Below are positions 28,878-42,358 of a stretch of 64,000 nucleotides of DNA, piece after piece; the first letter of the stretch is position 1; the number at the start of each line of letters is the position of its first letter. The notes under the pieces were generated by a model that worked only from the letters and a program-made list of their open reading frames with translations, ran no database searches and was not told where the DNA came from. The stretch is from Dictyostelium discoideum (Eukaryota), in contig CM000152.2 in NCBI GenBank assembly GCA_000004695.1, forward strand, positions 2,816,001 through 2,880,000, read 5' to 3'. A program made the position numbers and the translations under genes.

Positions 28878-29222
28878 TAAAATAAAAAAATATTTTTTCA
28901 TTTTTTTTTTCATTTTTTTTTTTTAATTGAATCTAATACATATATCAAATTTTTATTTTTATTAATAACTTTTTAAAAAGTTATTATTATAATTCTTGTT
29001 GGTTTTAAAAGACTGAAAACGTAACCAAATAAAAAAAAAATCTGAAAAAAAAATCTAGAAAAATCTAATTCAGAGAAAAACCATAAATCAAAATTGTTTT
29101 TTTTTTTTTTTTTTTTTTTTTACATTTTCAATCATAATTATTTTTTTTTTTACTTTTTCATTGCCCAAAATTTTTTATTTTATTTTAATTTATTTTATTT
29201 TTAACAAAATATATTTAATATA

Positions 29223-30397
29223 ATGAAATTTCTTTTGATTTTATTTATTTCCTATTTAATAATAAATTTAGTTAAGGGTCAATTAAATTTACAAGAGGGT
29301 ATGAAAAATAAAAAATAAAAAAAAAAAAAATTATTTTATTACTCACCCCTTTTTTTTTTTTTATTTTATTTTTTTTTTTTCACACCCACATCAATTAAAA
29401 GAACAATGCCTTGGTCAAATATTTTCAAATTTGGGTGTTAATATTCAAATATCAGATTATTGTTCATCAAATTATGCAGTTTGTAATGGACAATTTGTTA
29501 ACGTTTTGTATGTAAAAAAAAAAAAAAAAAAAAAATTAATATTAAAATTTCAATAACTAATTATTTATTTTTAAATATTTATTTAATTCTTTTTACCTTA
29601 TATAAAAAAAAAGAGATATAAAATCATATACATCTACACACGAATTTTCTCAAATTGATTTTCAATGTTTTTCAAAGGTTACATCAATTAGTATTTCAGA
29701 TTTAAAAATTTCATCAACATTTTTAATAGGACCATTCCCTAGTGAAGTAGCACTTTCCTTTAGTAATTGCTCTACTACTTATAGTAATTTATTTTCAACA
29801 ATAATCAATTCAAATATAATAAGTTTGTCTTTTTATAAAATAGATCCACTTCAAATATCAACTACTATTAATATCAAATTATCATACCTTAATAGAGCAT
29901 CAATTTTGTAAGTTTTTTTTTTTTTTTTTTATATTTTTTATATTTTTTTATTTATTTACAATTTATTTTATTTATTGATTTGTTTTTTTATTTTTTTTTT
30001 ATTCTTTTTTTTTTTTATTTTTTTTTTTTAGTGTTTTTAGTTTGATAAATGTAGATTCATCAACTAATTATATCATATTGATCAATGATATCCCAGCTGA
30101 AAGTACGAAATCATTTACTCAAATTTCAATGGATATTAAAGATTTACCACCAATGGATAATATTATTTTGAAAGGTCTTAGTCTAAGAACTTATGATTCA
30201 CCTACTAGTAAAGGATACAGCAATATTCAAACTTTAAAATATATTACAAGTTTGAATATAATAAATATTCTAGGATATTCAGATTTTAATCAATTTTCTT
30301 TAATTCCAAATCAAAATAACTTTAAAACAATGTATTTATTATTATTTATTATTATTTTTTATTATTTATTTAATTTATATTAATAATAATAATAATT

Positions 30398-30428
<31 letters not shown>

Positions 30429-32982
30429 TAGATCATTTACAGGAAAATTATTACCAACACCAGCAGGAATAATTGATTTAAGAAATTTATCAGGATTAGA
30501 ACTATTAAAATTATCGTTGGTTTCATCAGATTTCAATTATCAGGGTAATATTCCACTTAATTTACCACAAACAGTTACAAGTTTTGATATTTCTGGTGGT
30601 TCATTTTCAGTTGGTGTAAAAGAGTTTTTGAATGCCCACCCAAATATCTATACTGTTTTTATCACAAGTAATCAAATTAATGCTAATTTTTCAGAATGGA
30701 AAAATAGAGGTTATGATCAATTTTCTATAAGTGGGAATAGATTTCAAGGAACTGTTGATACATCATGGTGTACCACAATAATAACTATTTCCCAAAATAA
30801 ATTGACAGGTGATTTACCATCATGTTTTGCTTGTCATTTGTATAATGCATATATTAATTTTACAGTATCTGAAAATCTTTTTAATCCTATTCTACCATGT
30901 ACAACTTTAATACCAAATCTTAGATTCGATTCATCAAGTAATATATTATATCTATATGGCGATGACTTGGGTTTCTTTGATATTGATATTAAAATAGTTT
31001 CATCACCAACAAACTTATTCAATCATTTAATTTATTCAAAATTATTTTATTGTGATAAATTTACTCAATCAAATTTACCAGAAATTTTAACTTTAGATTT
31101 TACAAGTGCAAATAAAACTTTTATATTATCAACAGTTGAAAAACCACCATTGGTAGATTTAGTCACTGTTGCATCTTCATCTGCTTTATTATTTTTTGAT
31201 GGATCATTTTTTAATTATAATAAATCATCAATTAAAATCAAAGTTGATGATTTAACATGTTTAATTACTCAAACTACATTTAATCAAACTAGTTGTCTAA
31301 TTCAAGGATCATATAATAAGAATTCACTTGCTCAAATTACAATTACAGTAGAAAGTTATTATACTACTAAATTAAAAATATTACAAACAAACCTTTTTGC
31401 TTATTTAAATCAATCAACAACAGTTTATAGTTGTTCGTTGGATTGTAACTCACTTGGTGGTATTTGTAATACATTAACAGGTCAATGTTCATTTAATTGT
31501 CCAAATGATTGTGCAAATTCTTTGGCAGGTACATGTAATAGTTCAACAGGAGTATGCAATTGTTATACTGATTTTCAAGGTTTAGATTGTTCATTACCAT
31601 TTAAAGCTTGTACATCAGATTGTAGTTCACCATTAAGTCAAGGTTCATGTAATAATCAAACTGGTATTTGTCAATGTATACCAAATTATCAAGGTTCAAA
31701 TTGTAATATTCCATCACATTATATTACTTCAGTTATTCCATGTTCAATTGATGGTGGTGAAGTTTTAATTAATGGTTGGTTTGGCAATAATAATGATGGT
31801 ACACATTTATTATCATCATATAATATAGTTATAGGTAGTTTAGATTGTATTGTTACATCAATTAATGAAACAACAATTACATGTAATCTTGGAGCAGGTA
31901 CAGGTACAAAAAATATTAAAATTATAAATTCAATTAATCCAAATGTAATTTTCAATGGTAATGGATTATTTAATTATCAAAATCCAATTAAAACTTGTCC
32001 AAATAGTTGTACAAGTTTAAATAATGGTAAATGTAATTCAAATACAGGTGAATGTCAATGTAACGATAAATTTAGTGGTTTCGATTGTAGTACACCAATT
32101 AAAATCATTGAAAGTGCACCACCAACAAATACATCAATCAATAAAGATACAGGAGGTATAGAACTTACCAATCAAGATACAATATATGAAATTTCAATTA
32201 TATCATTAAATGAAATTTCAATTGATGGTTCAATTATTAAATCACATCAATTAAAAGGTAATTGGTCAAGCGATAATACAACAATAACACCAGATTCAAA
32301 TTATTTCAAATTTTCACAACAATTAATTAATAATACATGTAAAATTACATTTACTATTGAAGAGATTAAATTAAAAGATAAGAGTTTTACATTTGGATCG
32401 ACAACGTTTAAAGTTGAAAAAGATTCAATAAAATTATCAGTTTTAATTCAAGATTATCAATATCAAAGTTCATTAAATACATTACAATTAATATTTTATT
32501 CAGCAGTTGGAAATGATTCAAATTCTAACAATGATGATTGTAATAAACAAGATACATCAATTGATACATCAAATGCAAATAATCAACAAATTTCAAATTA
32601 TATTCAAATTTCTAAAAATTCAAAAACATTAGTCGGTCGTTTCATTAATCAAGTAATTGCAGATTCAAGATCAACTTTTATGTCAAGTACAATTATTAAA
32701 GATAATGATAATAACTCATCGTCATCAGTTATGTTGGGATTAAATCTACCACATTGTAAAGAATGTTTAATTGATCCAGACTTTTCAGTATTGGTAAGTC
32801 CAGATTTTAAAGAATCATGCAATGAATCAACAAATAAAAACAAATGGTTAATACCTGTCGTTGTCATTGTACCTGTAGTAGGTTGTGCTGTAATTGTTAC
32901 TCTATCTATTGTTTTTTTTAAAAAATATAAATATAATTTAAAATTTATTGCAATCAAATTAAAACCATTTAAAAAGCAATAA
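29223..32982 (+). CDS. Array member B: five-exon paralog (~29223-29298, ~29403-29508, ~29607-29906, ~30037-30337, ~30432-32982), 821-aa main exon
   Basis: Same architecture as A. Signal peptide is MKFLLILFISYLIINLVKGQLNLQE. The 3' ~1.6 kb is nearly identical to A, C, D and E. The N-terminal part is ~80% identical to A and >95% identical to C. Confidence 0.75.
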
Positions 32983-33211
32983 AATAAAAAAGAATTTTTC
33001 ACAATTTTAAAATTTATTGCAATCAAATTAAAACCATTTAAAAAAAAAAAAAAAAAAAAAAGAATTTATTATTTATTATGTTGGTGACTCTATAAACTTG
33101 ATTGTTTTGGAAAACCAAAAAAGCATGACCATTTAGAAAATGCAAATTTTATATTTTCACCAAATATTCACAAGATTCACTCAACATTTTAGATTATCAT
33201 TATAGTCACTA

Positions 33212-33259
<48 letters not shown>

Positions 33260-33428
33260 TGGAATCTAATCGATAAATCAAATTTTAATTTATATTAATA
33301 AATTTCTAAAAAGTAATTATTATAATTTTTATTCGTTTTAAAAAATTGAAAATGTGAGTAATCAAAAAAAAAAAAAAAAATCTGAAATAATCTTTAATTC
33401 AGAGAAAAACAATAAATATCCAAAATCG

Positions 33429-33459
<31 letters not shown>

Positions 33460-33524
33460 TTCCTTGCCCAAAATTTTTATTTTATTTTATATTTTTTTAT
33501 TTTTAGCAAAATATATTTTATATA

Positions 33525-33813
33525 ATGAAATTTCTTTTGATTTTATTTATTTCCTATTTTGTAATAAATGTTGTCAAGGGTCAATTAAATTTACAAGAGG
33601 GTACGAAAAATAAAAAAATAAAAAAATAAAAAAAATTATTTATTACTCATCCTTTTTTATTTTTTTTTTTTTTTTTTTTCACACCCATCCACATCAATTA
33701 AAAGAACAATGCCTTGGTCAAATATTTTCAAATTTGGGTGTTAATATTCAAACATCAGATTATTGTTCATCAAATTATACAGGTTGTAATGGACAATTTG
33801 TTAGCGTTTTGTA

Positions 33814-33860
<47 letters not shown>

Positions 33861-36800
33861 AGGAATAAAATTCCAAAAACTAATTATTTATTTAAATTAT
33901 TTGTTTAACTTCTTTTTAAATGTTTAATAAAAAAAAAGAAATATAAAATCATATACATCCACACACGAATTTTCTCAAGTTGATTTTCAATGTTTTTCAA
34001 AGGTTATATCAATTAGTATTTCAGATTTAAAAATTTCATCAACATTTTTAGAAGGACCATTCCCCACCGAAGTAGCACTCTCCTTTCACAATTGCTCTAC
34101 TACTTATAGTAATTTATTTTCAACAATAATCAATTCAAATATAACGTATTTGTCTTTTGATAGAATAGATCCACTTCAAATATCAAATACTGTTAATATC
34201 AAATTATCATACCTTAATAGAGCGTCAATTTTGTAAGGTTTTTTTTTTTTTATATTTTATTTATTTTATTTATTAATTTATTTATTTATTTATTTATTTA
34301 TTTATTTTTTTAAAAAAAGTATTTTTAGTATTATAAAAGTAAGTTCATCATCTGATTATATCATATTGATTAATGATATCCCAGCTGGTAGTACGAAATC
34401 ATTTACTCAAATTGCAATGGATATTAAAGATTTACCACCAATGGATAATATTATTTTGAACGGTCTTAATATAAGAACTTTTAATTCACCTACTAGTAAA
34501 GGATACAGCAATATTCAAACTTTAAAATATATTACAAATTTCTATATTTTCATTAATCAAGGATATTCAGATTTTAGTGAATTTGCTTTAATTCCAAATC
34601 AAAATAACTTTAAAATAATGTATTTATTATTATTTTTTAAAAAATCATTATTTATTTAATTTATATTAATAAAAATAAAAATAATAATAATATAATATAT
34701 AGACAAATGGCAGGAAATTTATCACCAACACCAACTGGAATAATTGATTTAAGAAATTTATCAGGATTAAAACAATTAATATTATCGTTGGTTTCATCAG
34801 ATTTCAATTATCAAGGTCATATTCCACTTAATTTGCCACAAACAGTTAAAAATTTTCATATTTCCGATGGTTCATTTTCAGTTGGTGTAAAAGAGTTTTT
34901 GAATGCTTATCCGAATATCTCTATTGTTTCTATCCCAGGCAATCAAATTAACGCTAATTTTTCAGAATGGAAAAATAGAGGTTATGATCAATTTTCTATA
35001 AGTGAGAATAACTTTCAAGGAACTGTTGATTCATCATGGTGTACCACAATGACAACTTTATTAAAAAATAAATTGACAGGTGATTTACCATCATGTTTCG
35101 CTTGTCATTTGTATAATGAATATATTAATTTTACAGTATCTGAAAATCTTTTTAATCCTATTCTACCATGTACAACTTTAATACCAAATCTTAGATTCGA
35201 TTCATCAAGTAATATATTATATCTATATGGTGATGACTTGGGTTTCTATGAAACTGATATTAAAATAGTTTCATCACCAACAAAATCATTCAATCATTTA
35301 ATTTATTCAAAATTATTTTTTTGTGATAAATTTACTCAATCAAATTTACCAGAAATTTTAACTTTAGATTTTACAAGTGCAAATAAAACTTTTATATTAT
35401 CAACAGTTGAAAAACCACCATTAGTAGATTTAGTCACTGTTGCATCTTCATCTGCTTTATTATTTTTTGATGGATCATTTTTTAATTATAATAAATCATC
35501 AATTAAAATCAAAGTTGATGATTTAACATGTTTAATTACTCAAACTACATTTAATCAAACTAGTTGTCTAATTCAAGGATCATATAATAAGAATTCACTT
35601 GCTCAAATTACAATTACAGTAGAAAGTTATTATACAACTAAATTAAAAATATTACAAACAAACCTTTTTGCCTATTTAAATCAATCAACAACAGTTTATA
35701 GTTGTTCGTTGGATTGTAACTCACTTGGTGGTATTTGTAATACATTAATTGGTCAATGTTCATTTAATTGTCCAAATGATTGTACAAATTCTTTGGCAGG
35801 TACATGTAATAGTTCAACAGGAGTATGCAATTGTTATACTGATTTTCAAGGTTTAGATTGTTCATTACCATTTAAAGCTTGTACATCAGATTGTAGTTCA
35901 CCATTAAGTCAAGGTTCATGTAATAATCAAACTGGTATTTGTCAATGTATACCAAATTATCAAGGTTTAAATTGTAATATTCCATCACATTATATTACTT
36001 CAGTTATTCCATGTTCAATTGATGGTGGTGAAGTTTTAATTAATGGTTGGTTTGGTAATAATAATGATGGTACACATTTATTATCATCATATAATATAGT
36101 TATAGGTAGTTTAGATTGTATTGTTACATCAATTAATGAAACAGAAATTAAATGTAATCTTGGAGCAGGTACAGGTACAAAAAATATTAAAATTATAAAT
36201 TCAATTAATCCAAATGTAATTTTCAATGGTAATGGATTATTTAATTATCAAAATCCAATTAAAACTTGTCCAAATAGTTGTACAAGTTTAAATAATGGTA
36301 AATGTAATTCAAATACAGGTGAATGTCAATGTAACGATAAATTCATTGGTTTCGATTGTAGTACACCAATTAAAATCATTGAAAGTGCACCACCAACAAA
36401 TACATCAATCAATAAAGATACAGGAGGTATAGAACTTACCAATCAAGATACAATATATGAAATTTCAATTATATCATTAAATGAAATTTCAATTGATGGT
36501 TCAATTATAAAATCACATCAATTAAAAGGTAATTGGTCAAGCGATAATACAACAATAACACCAGATTCAAATTATTTCAAATTTTCACAAAAATTAATTA
36601 ATAATACATGTAAAATTACATTTACTATTGAAGAGATTAAATTAAAAGATAAGAACTTTACATTTGGAACGACAACGTTTAAAGTTGAAAAAGATTCAAT
36701 AAAATTATCAGTTTTAATTCAAGATTATCAATATCAAAGTTCATTAAATACATTACAATTAATATTTTATTCAGCAGTTGGAAATGATTCAAATTCTAAC

Positions 36801-37250
36801 AATGATGATTGTAATAAACAAGATACATCAATTGATACATCAAATGCAAATAATCAACAAATTTCAAATTATATTCAAATTTCTAAAAATTCAAAAACAT
36901 TAGTTGGTCGTTTCATTAATCAAGTAATTGCAGATTCAAGATCAACTTTTATGTCAAGTACAATTATTAAAGATAATAATAATAACTCATCGTCATCAGT
37001 TATGTTGGGATTAAATCTACCACATTGTAAAGAATGTTTAATTGATCCAGACTTTTCAGTATTAGTAAGTCCAGATTTTAAAGAATCATGCAATGAATCA
37101 ACAAATAAAAACAAATGGTTAATACCTGTCGTTGTCGTTGTACCTGTAGTAGGTTGTGCTGCAATTCTTACTCTATCTGTAGTTTTATATAAAAAATATA
37201 AATATAATTTAAAATTTATTGCAATCAAATTAAAACCATTTAAAGAATAA
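33525..37250 (+). CDS. Array member C: five-exon paralog (~33525-33600, ~33705-33810, ~33925-34235, ~34330-34620, ~34702-37250), 847-aa main exon
   Basis: Near-duplicate of B including ~300 bp of 5' flank. Exon 1 donor is GTACGA. TM helix is WLIPVVVVVPVVGCAAILTLSVVLY. Confidence 0.75.
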
Positions 37251-37322
37251 AAAATAATTTTTTTTAAAATCGCTTGTGTTTGAAATTATCTATATCTGCC
37301 CTATATTTATGGGTCTTAGATA

Positions 37323-37358
<36 letters not shown>

Positions 37359-37583
37359 CCTATTTATGTTTTATCTAATTAAATGCCAAAATAAAATGGT
37401 GTGTTATTGTTGAAGGATTCAAAACCCCAAAAAAAAAAAAATAATAAAAAATCAGACTCTTTGAAAAACTGGGTCTCATTAGTAGGATGGCGTAACCCTT
37501 ATTTTTTTTTTATTTCTAAACTTAATTCTTCAATTTTTTTTATTACTTTCTGAATGTGCAACTATTTTTTATTTTTTTTAATG

Positions 37584-37616
<33 letters not shown>

Positions 37617-38260
37617 ATAAGAAATGGTTACATTTATTTTTTATGTCATTTTGTGTATTTTTGAAGGAGATTTCTATTTATCATACTAAATTCATATTAA
37701 AAATAAATAAAATTAAATTTTTGTTCAAAAAAAAATGAAAAATGAAAATATTTTTTTTTATTTCAAATGCCAATGTTTTTATCTTTTTAAATTTTCTTTT
37801 TTTATTTTTTTTTTTAAAAATAACGCCCTTTAAAATAAATTTCTTCAATTATTAAAAAAATCAACGTAAAAAGTTTTTTTTCATATAAATTTTTATTTTT
37901 TTTATTTTTTTTTTTTATTTTTTTTTTTTATTTTTTTTTATTTTTTTTTTTTTTTTGTTTTATTTTATTTTTTATTTTATTTTATTTTATTTTATTTTAT
38001 TTTATTTTATTTTATTTTATTTTATTTTATTTTATTTTATAATTAAAATTGGCAAATTAATATGAATATTCAATTTTTATGTAATATTTTTATTTTTCGT
38101 CGAATAATTTGATATTTATAGGTTCCGTTTGATTTCTCGTTTAAATTTTCTTTTTTTTTTCTATTTTTTTTTTTTGGGATTGAAAATCTAAAAAATTATT
38201 TTTTTATAAAAAAAAAAAAAAACGATGATTTTTCATTAAGCAAACAACCAAAAAGTCGTG

Positions 38261-38397
38261 ATGATCAAATTTTTTACCATTTTAATTATATATTCTTTGT
38301 TGTTATTAAATTTTACCAAAGGTTCGACATTAGAGGACAGTGAAAGTATGAATAAAAAAAAAAAAAAAAAAAAAAGAAAATTCACAATACTAAATAT

Positions 38398-38430
<33 letters not shown>

Positions 38431-39055
38431 GATCACAAAAAAGAAATATGCTTAGATCATCTTTTATCAAATTTAGGAATAAATACTGTTATAGATTGTT
38501 TAAATAGTAATATTGTAGTATGTTCTACAAATAACCTAGGGACATTTGTTAGTGGTTTGTAAGAATGAATAAAAAAATAAAAAAAAAATAAAAAAAAAAA
38601 ATAATTCTATTAACATTTAATTTTTTATTACATTTTATTTAATTATTTATTTTATTTTATTTAATTTTGTTTTATTTTATTTTATTTTATTTTATTTTAT
38701 TTTATTTTATTTTATTTTATTTATTAGAGTTTTAAAATCAAACAATAATGCATACCAAATTTCTTCACTTGATTTTCAATGTTTTTCTAAGATTTCACAA
38801 GTTACTATTTCAAATTCAAATATTTCATCATCTTTTTTAAGAGGAAATACAACCATTGAATTCATTTCTTTTTCTAATAATACCATCGAATATAATGAAT
38901 TATTTTCATCACAAATTAATACAAAATTAAAAAATGTTTTTATTACTAATATACCACCACCAAATTCTCAAATTAATATTAATTTTTCAATAATTGCTTC
39001 CTTATCAAATTTGTAAGTTTTTTTTTTTTTTTTTTTTAATTTTTAATTCTTATTA

Positions 39056-39149
<94 letters not shown>

Positions 39150-39519
39150 CATTTTTATTAATATTATTTAATTAATTAAAATTGTTTTTTAAAAAAAGAC
39201 AATTTCAATTGAATACTTGGGGTGAGAATAGTAGATATATATCATTGATTAATGATTTTCCAGTTGGAGGAATGCGTCCAATCCCAAGTTTAGCAATGGA
39301 TCTTAAAGATATACCACCCATGGATAATGTTAAATGTGGAAGTGTTACTTTTAGAGCCTACGATTCACCTTCAGCTTTGGTTTTAGCATTTCCTAACATT
39401 AAAAAATATAAATTCAATTTATTTATACATTGCAAGAGGAACTTCAGATTTTACCCAATTTAGTTTAATTCCAAATGATAATTTTATATATACAATGTAT
39501 GTTTTTATTATTATTATTA

Positions 39520-39597
<78 letters not shown>

Positions 39598-42358
39598 TAT
39601 TATTTATTATTATTATTTTTATTATTAAAAAAGAACTAATTTATAATATTATTTTTTTTTTTTTTATTTTAAAAAAAAAAAAAGATTCTTTAATGGAGCT
39701 TTGATTTCACCATCTATTGTTGATTTAAGAAATTTAACTATATTAAATTATATTGATTTAAGAAATGTTATTTTAGATTTTAATTATCAAGGTAAAATTC
39801 CTCTTATTCTTCCTCAAAGTGTTACTAGTCTTGGTATTAGTGGAAGTTCTTTTTCTAGTGTTAATGAATTTATAGGAAATTATCCAAGAATTTCAACGAT
39901 TGCAATTTCTTTTAATCAAATTCCAGATAATTTTACAGAATGGAGAAATAGAGGTTATGCATCATTTGATGTAAATAATAATAAACTTCAAGGAACTATT
40001 GATTCGTCATGGTGTACTACTGTTTTAAAGATTGGTGATAATCAATTATCAGGTAAATTACCTTCTTGTTATACTTGTCATTTATTAAGTGATTATGTTA
40101 AATTTATGATTATTGGTGGTAAAAATTCATTTACAAATGTAGATCCAATACCAGAATGTACAACTTTAATACCAAACCTTAGATATAATTCCTCAACAAA
40201 AGAACTCACTCTATATGGTGATGATTTAGGTTTTTATACTGAAAATGTTATAGTACCAGGTTTTGATTATTCATTTTCTCCAAAGATTCAATCGAAATTA
40301 TTTGTAGCTAGTAATGTAATTCAATATGATTTACCCCAGATTTTAAATTTTAAATTTCCAGGAGCAAATAAAACATTTACATTATCAACAATTCAAAAAC
40401 CACCCATTATAAATACAGTAATAGCAACGGTTCAATCCTATTCTGTTATTTTAGAAGGATCATTTTTCAACTATAATATATCATCAATTGAAATCTTTAT
40501 TGGTGATGTTCAATGTTCAATAGTGTCTGCAACATTTTATAAAGTTGAATGTTTAACATTTGAAACATATGAGAAAAATATAATTGGAAAAGTTTCAATT
40601 AATATTAAAGATTATTACTATAGCAATTTAACAATATTAGAAACATCTGTAATTGCATATTTAAATCAAACTACACAAATTAAAAATTGTCAATTAGATT
40701 GTATCTCACTTGGTGGTTTTTGTAATACATTAATTGGTCAATGTAATATTGATTGTCCAAATAATTGTACTGGTTCATTATCAGGTACTTGTGAAAGATC
40801 AACAGGAGTTTGTATTTGTAATATTGGTTATCAAGGTATTGATTGTTCAGTACCAATTCATTCTTGTCCCTCAAATTGTAATGCTCAATCCAATCAAGGT
40901 ACATGTAATTATCAAAATGGTATTTGTCAATGTTCTCCAAATTATCAAGGTTTAGATTGTTCATTACCATTTAAAGTTTGTACATCAGATTGTAGTTCAC
41001 CATTAAATCAAGGTTCATGTAATAATCAAACTGGTATTTGTCAATGTATACCAAATTATCAAGGTTCAAATTGTAATATTCCATCACATTATATTACATC
41101 AGTTATTCCATGTTCAATTGATGGTGGTGAAGTTTTAATTAATGGTTGGTTTGGTAATAATAATGATGGTACAAATTTACTATCATCATATAATATTGTT
41201 ATAGGTAGTTTAGATTGTATTGTTACATCAATTAATGAAACAGAAATTAAATGTAATCTTGGAGCAGGTACAGGTACAAAAAATATTAAAATTATAAATT
41301 CAATTAATCCAAATGTAATTTTCAATGGTAATGGATTATTTAATTATCAAAATCCAATTAAAACTTGTCCAAATAGTTGTACAAGTTTAAATAATGGTAA
41401 ATGTAATTCAAATACAGGTGAATGTCAATGTAGTGATAAATTTAGTGGTTTCGATTGTAGTACTCCAATTACAATCATTGAAAGTGCACCACCAACAAAT
41501 ACATCAATCAATAAAGATACAGGAGGTATAGAACTTACCAATCAAGATACAATCTATGAAATTTCAATTATATCATTAAATGAAATTTCAATTGATGGTT
41601 CAATTATAAAATCACATCAATTAAAAGGTAATTGGTCAAGTGATAATACAACAATAACACCAGATTCAAATTATTTCAAATTTTCACAAAAACTAATTAA
41701 TAATACATGTAAAATTACATTCACTATTGAAGAGATTAAATTAAGAGATAAGAGTTTTACATTTGGAACAACAACGTTTAAAGTTGAAAAAGATTCAATA
41801 AAATTATCAGTTTTAATTCAAGATTATCAATATCAAAGTTCATTAAATACATTACAATTAATATTTTATTCAGCGGTTGGAGATGATACAAATTCAAATT
41901 CAAATAATGATTGTAATAAACAAGATACATCAATTGATACATCAAATGCAAATAATCAACAAATTTCAAATTATATTCAAATTTCTAAAAATTCAAAAAC
42001 ATTAGTCGGTCGTTTCATTAATCAAGTAATTGCAGATTCAAGATCAACTTTTATGTCAAGTACAATTATTAAAGATAATAATAAATCATCTTCATCATCA
42101 TCATCATCATCAGTTATGTTGGGACTAAATCTACCACATTGCAAAGAATGTTTAATTGATCCAGACTTTTCTGTATTAGTAAGTCCAGATTTTAAAGAAT
42201 CATGCAATGAATCAACAAATAAAAACAAATGGTTAATACCTGTCGTTGTCGTTGTACCTGTAGTAGGTTGTGCTGTAATTGCTACTATATCTATACTAAT
42301 GTATAGAAAGAATAGATATAGAATACAGCTTCTCAAACTAAGAACTTTTAAAAAATAA
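38261..42358 (+). CDS. Array member D: five-exon paralog (~38261-38345, ~38441-38549, ~38712-39011, ~39200-39489, ~39679-42358) with 4+1 EGF-like repeats; exon 4 carries a 2-nt deletion that gives a premature stop, so it may be a pseudogene
   Basis: Signal peptide is MIKFFTILIIYSLLLLNFTKGS. Exons 1-3 and exon 5 (ORF 39701-42358, 885 aa) are intact and in phase. Exon 4 reads '...SPSALVLAFPNIKKYKFNLFIHCKRNFRFYPI*' in the entering frame. The frame needed for exon 5 reads 'FLTLKNINSIYLYIARGTSDFTQFSLIPNDNFIYTM', which matches paralogs A-C. Compared with gene A, the gene D sequence is 2 nt shorter at ~39395-39420. Intron 4 holds two long (ATT)n arrays. Confidence 0.65.
39058..39155. repeat. (ATT)n microsatellite in intron 3 of gene D; a second array lies at 39497-39600 in intron 4
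   Basis: Direct reading. Confidence 0.9.
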
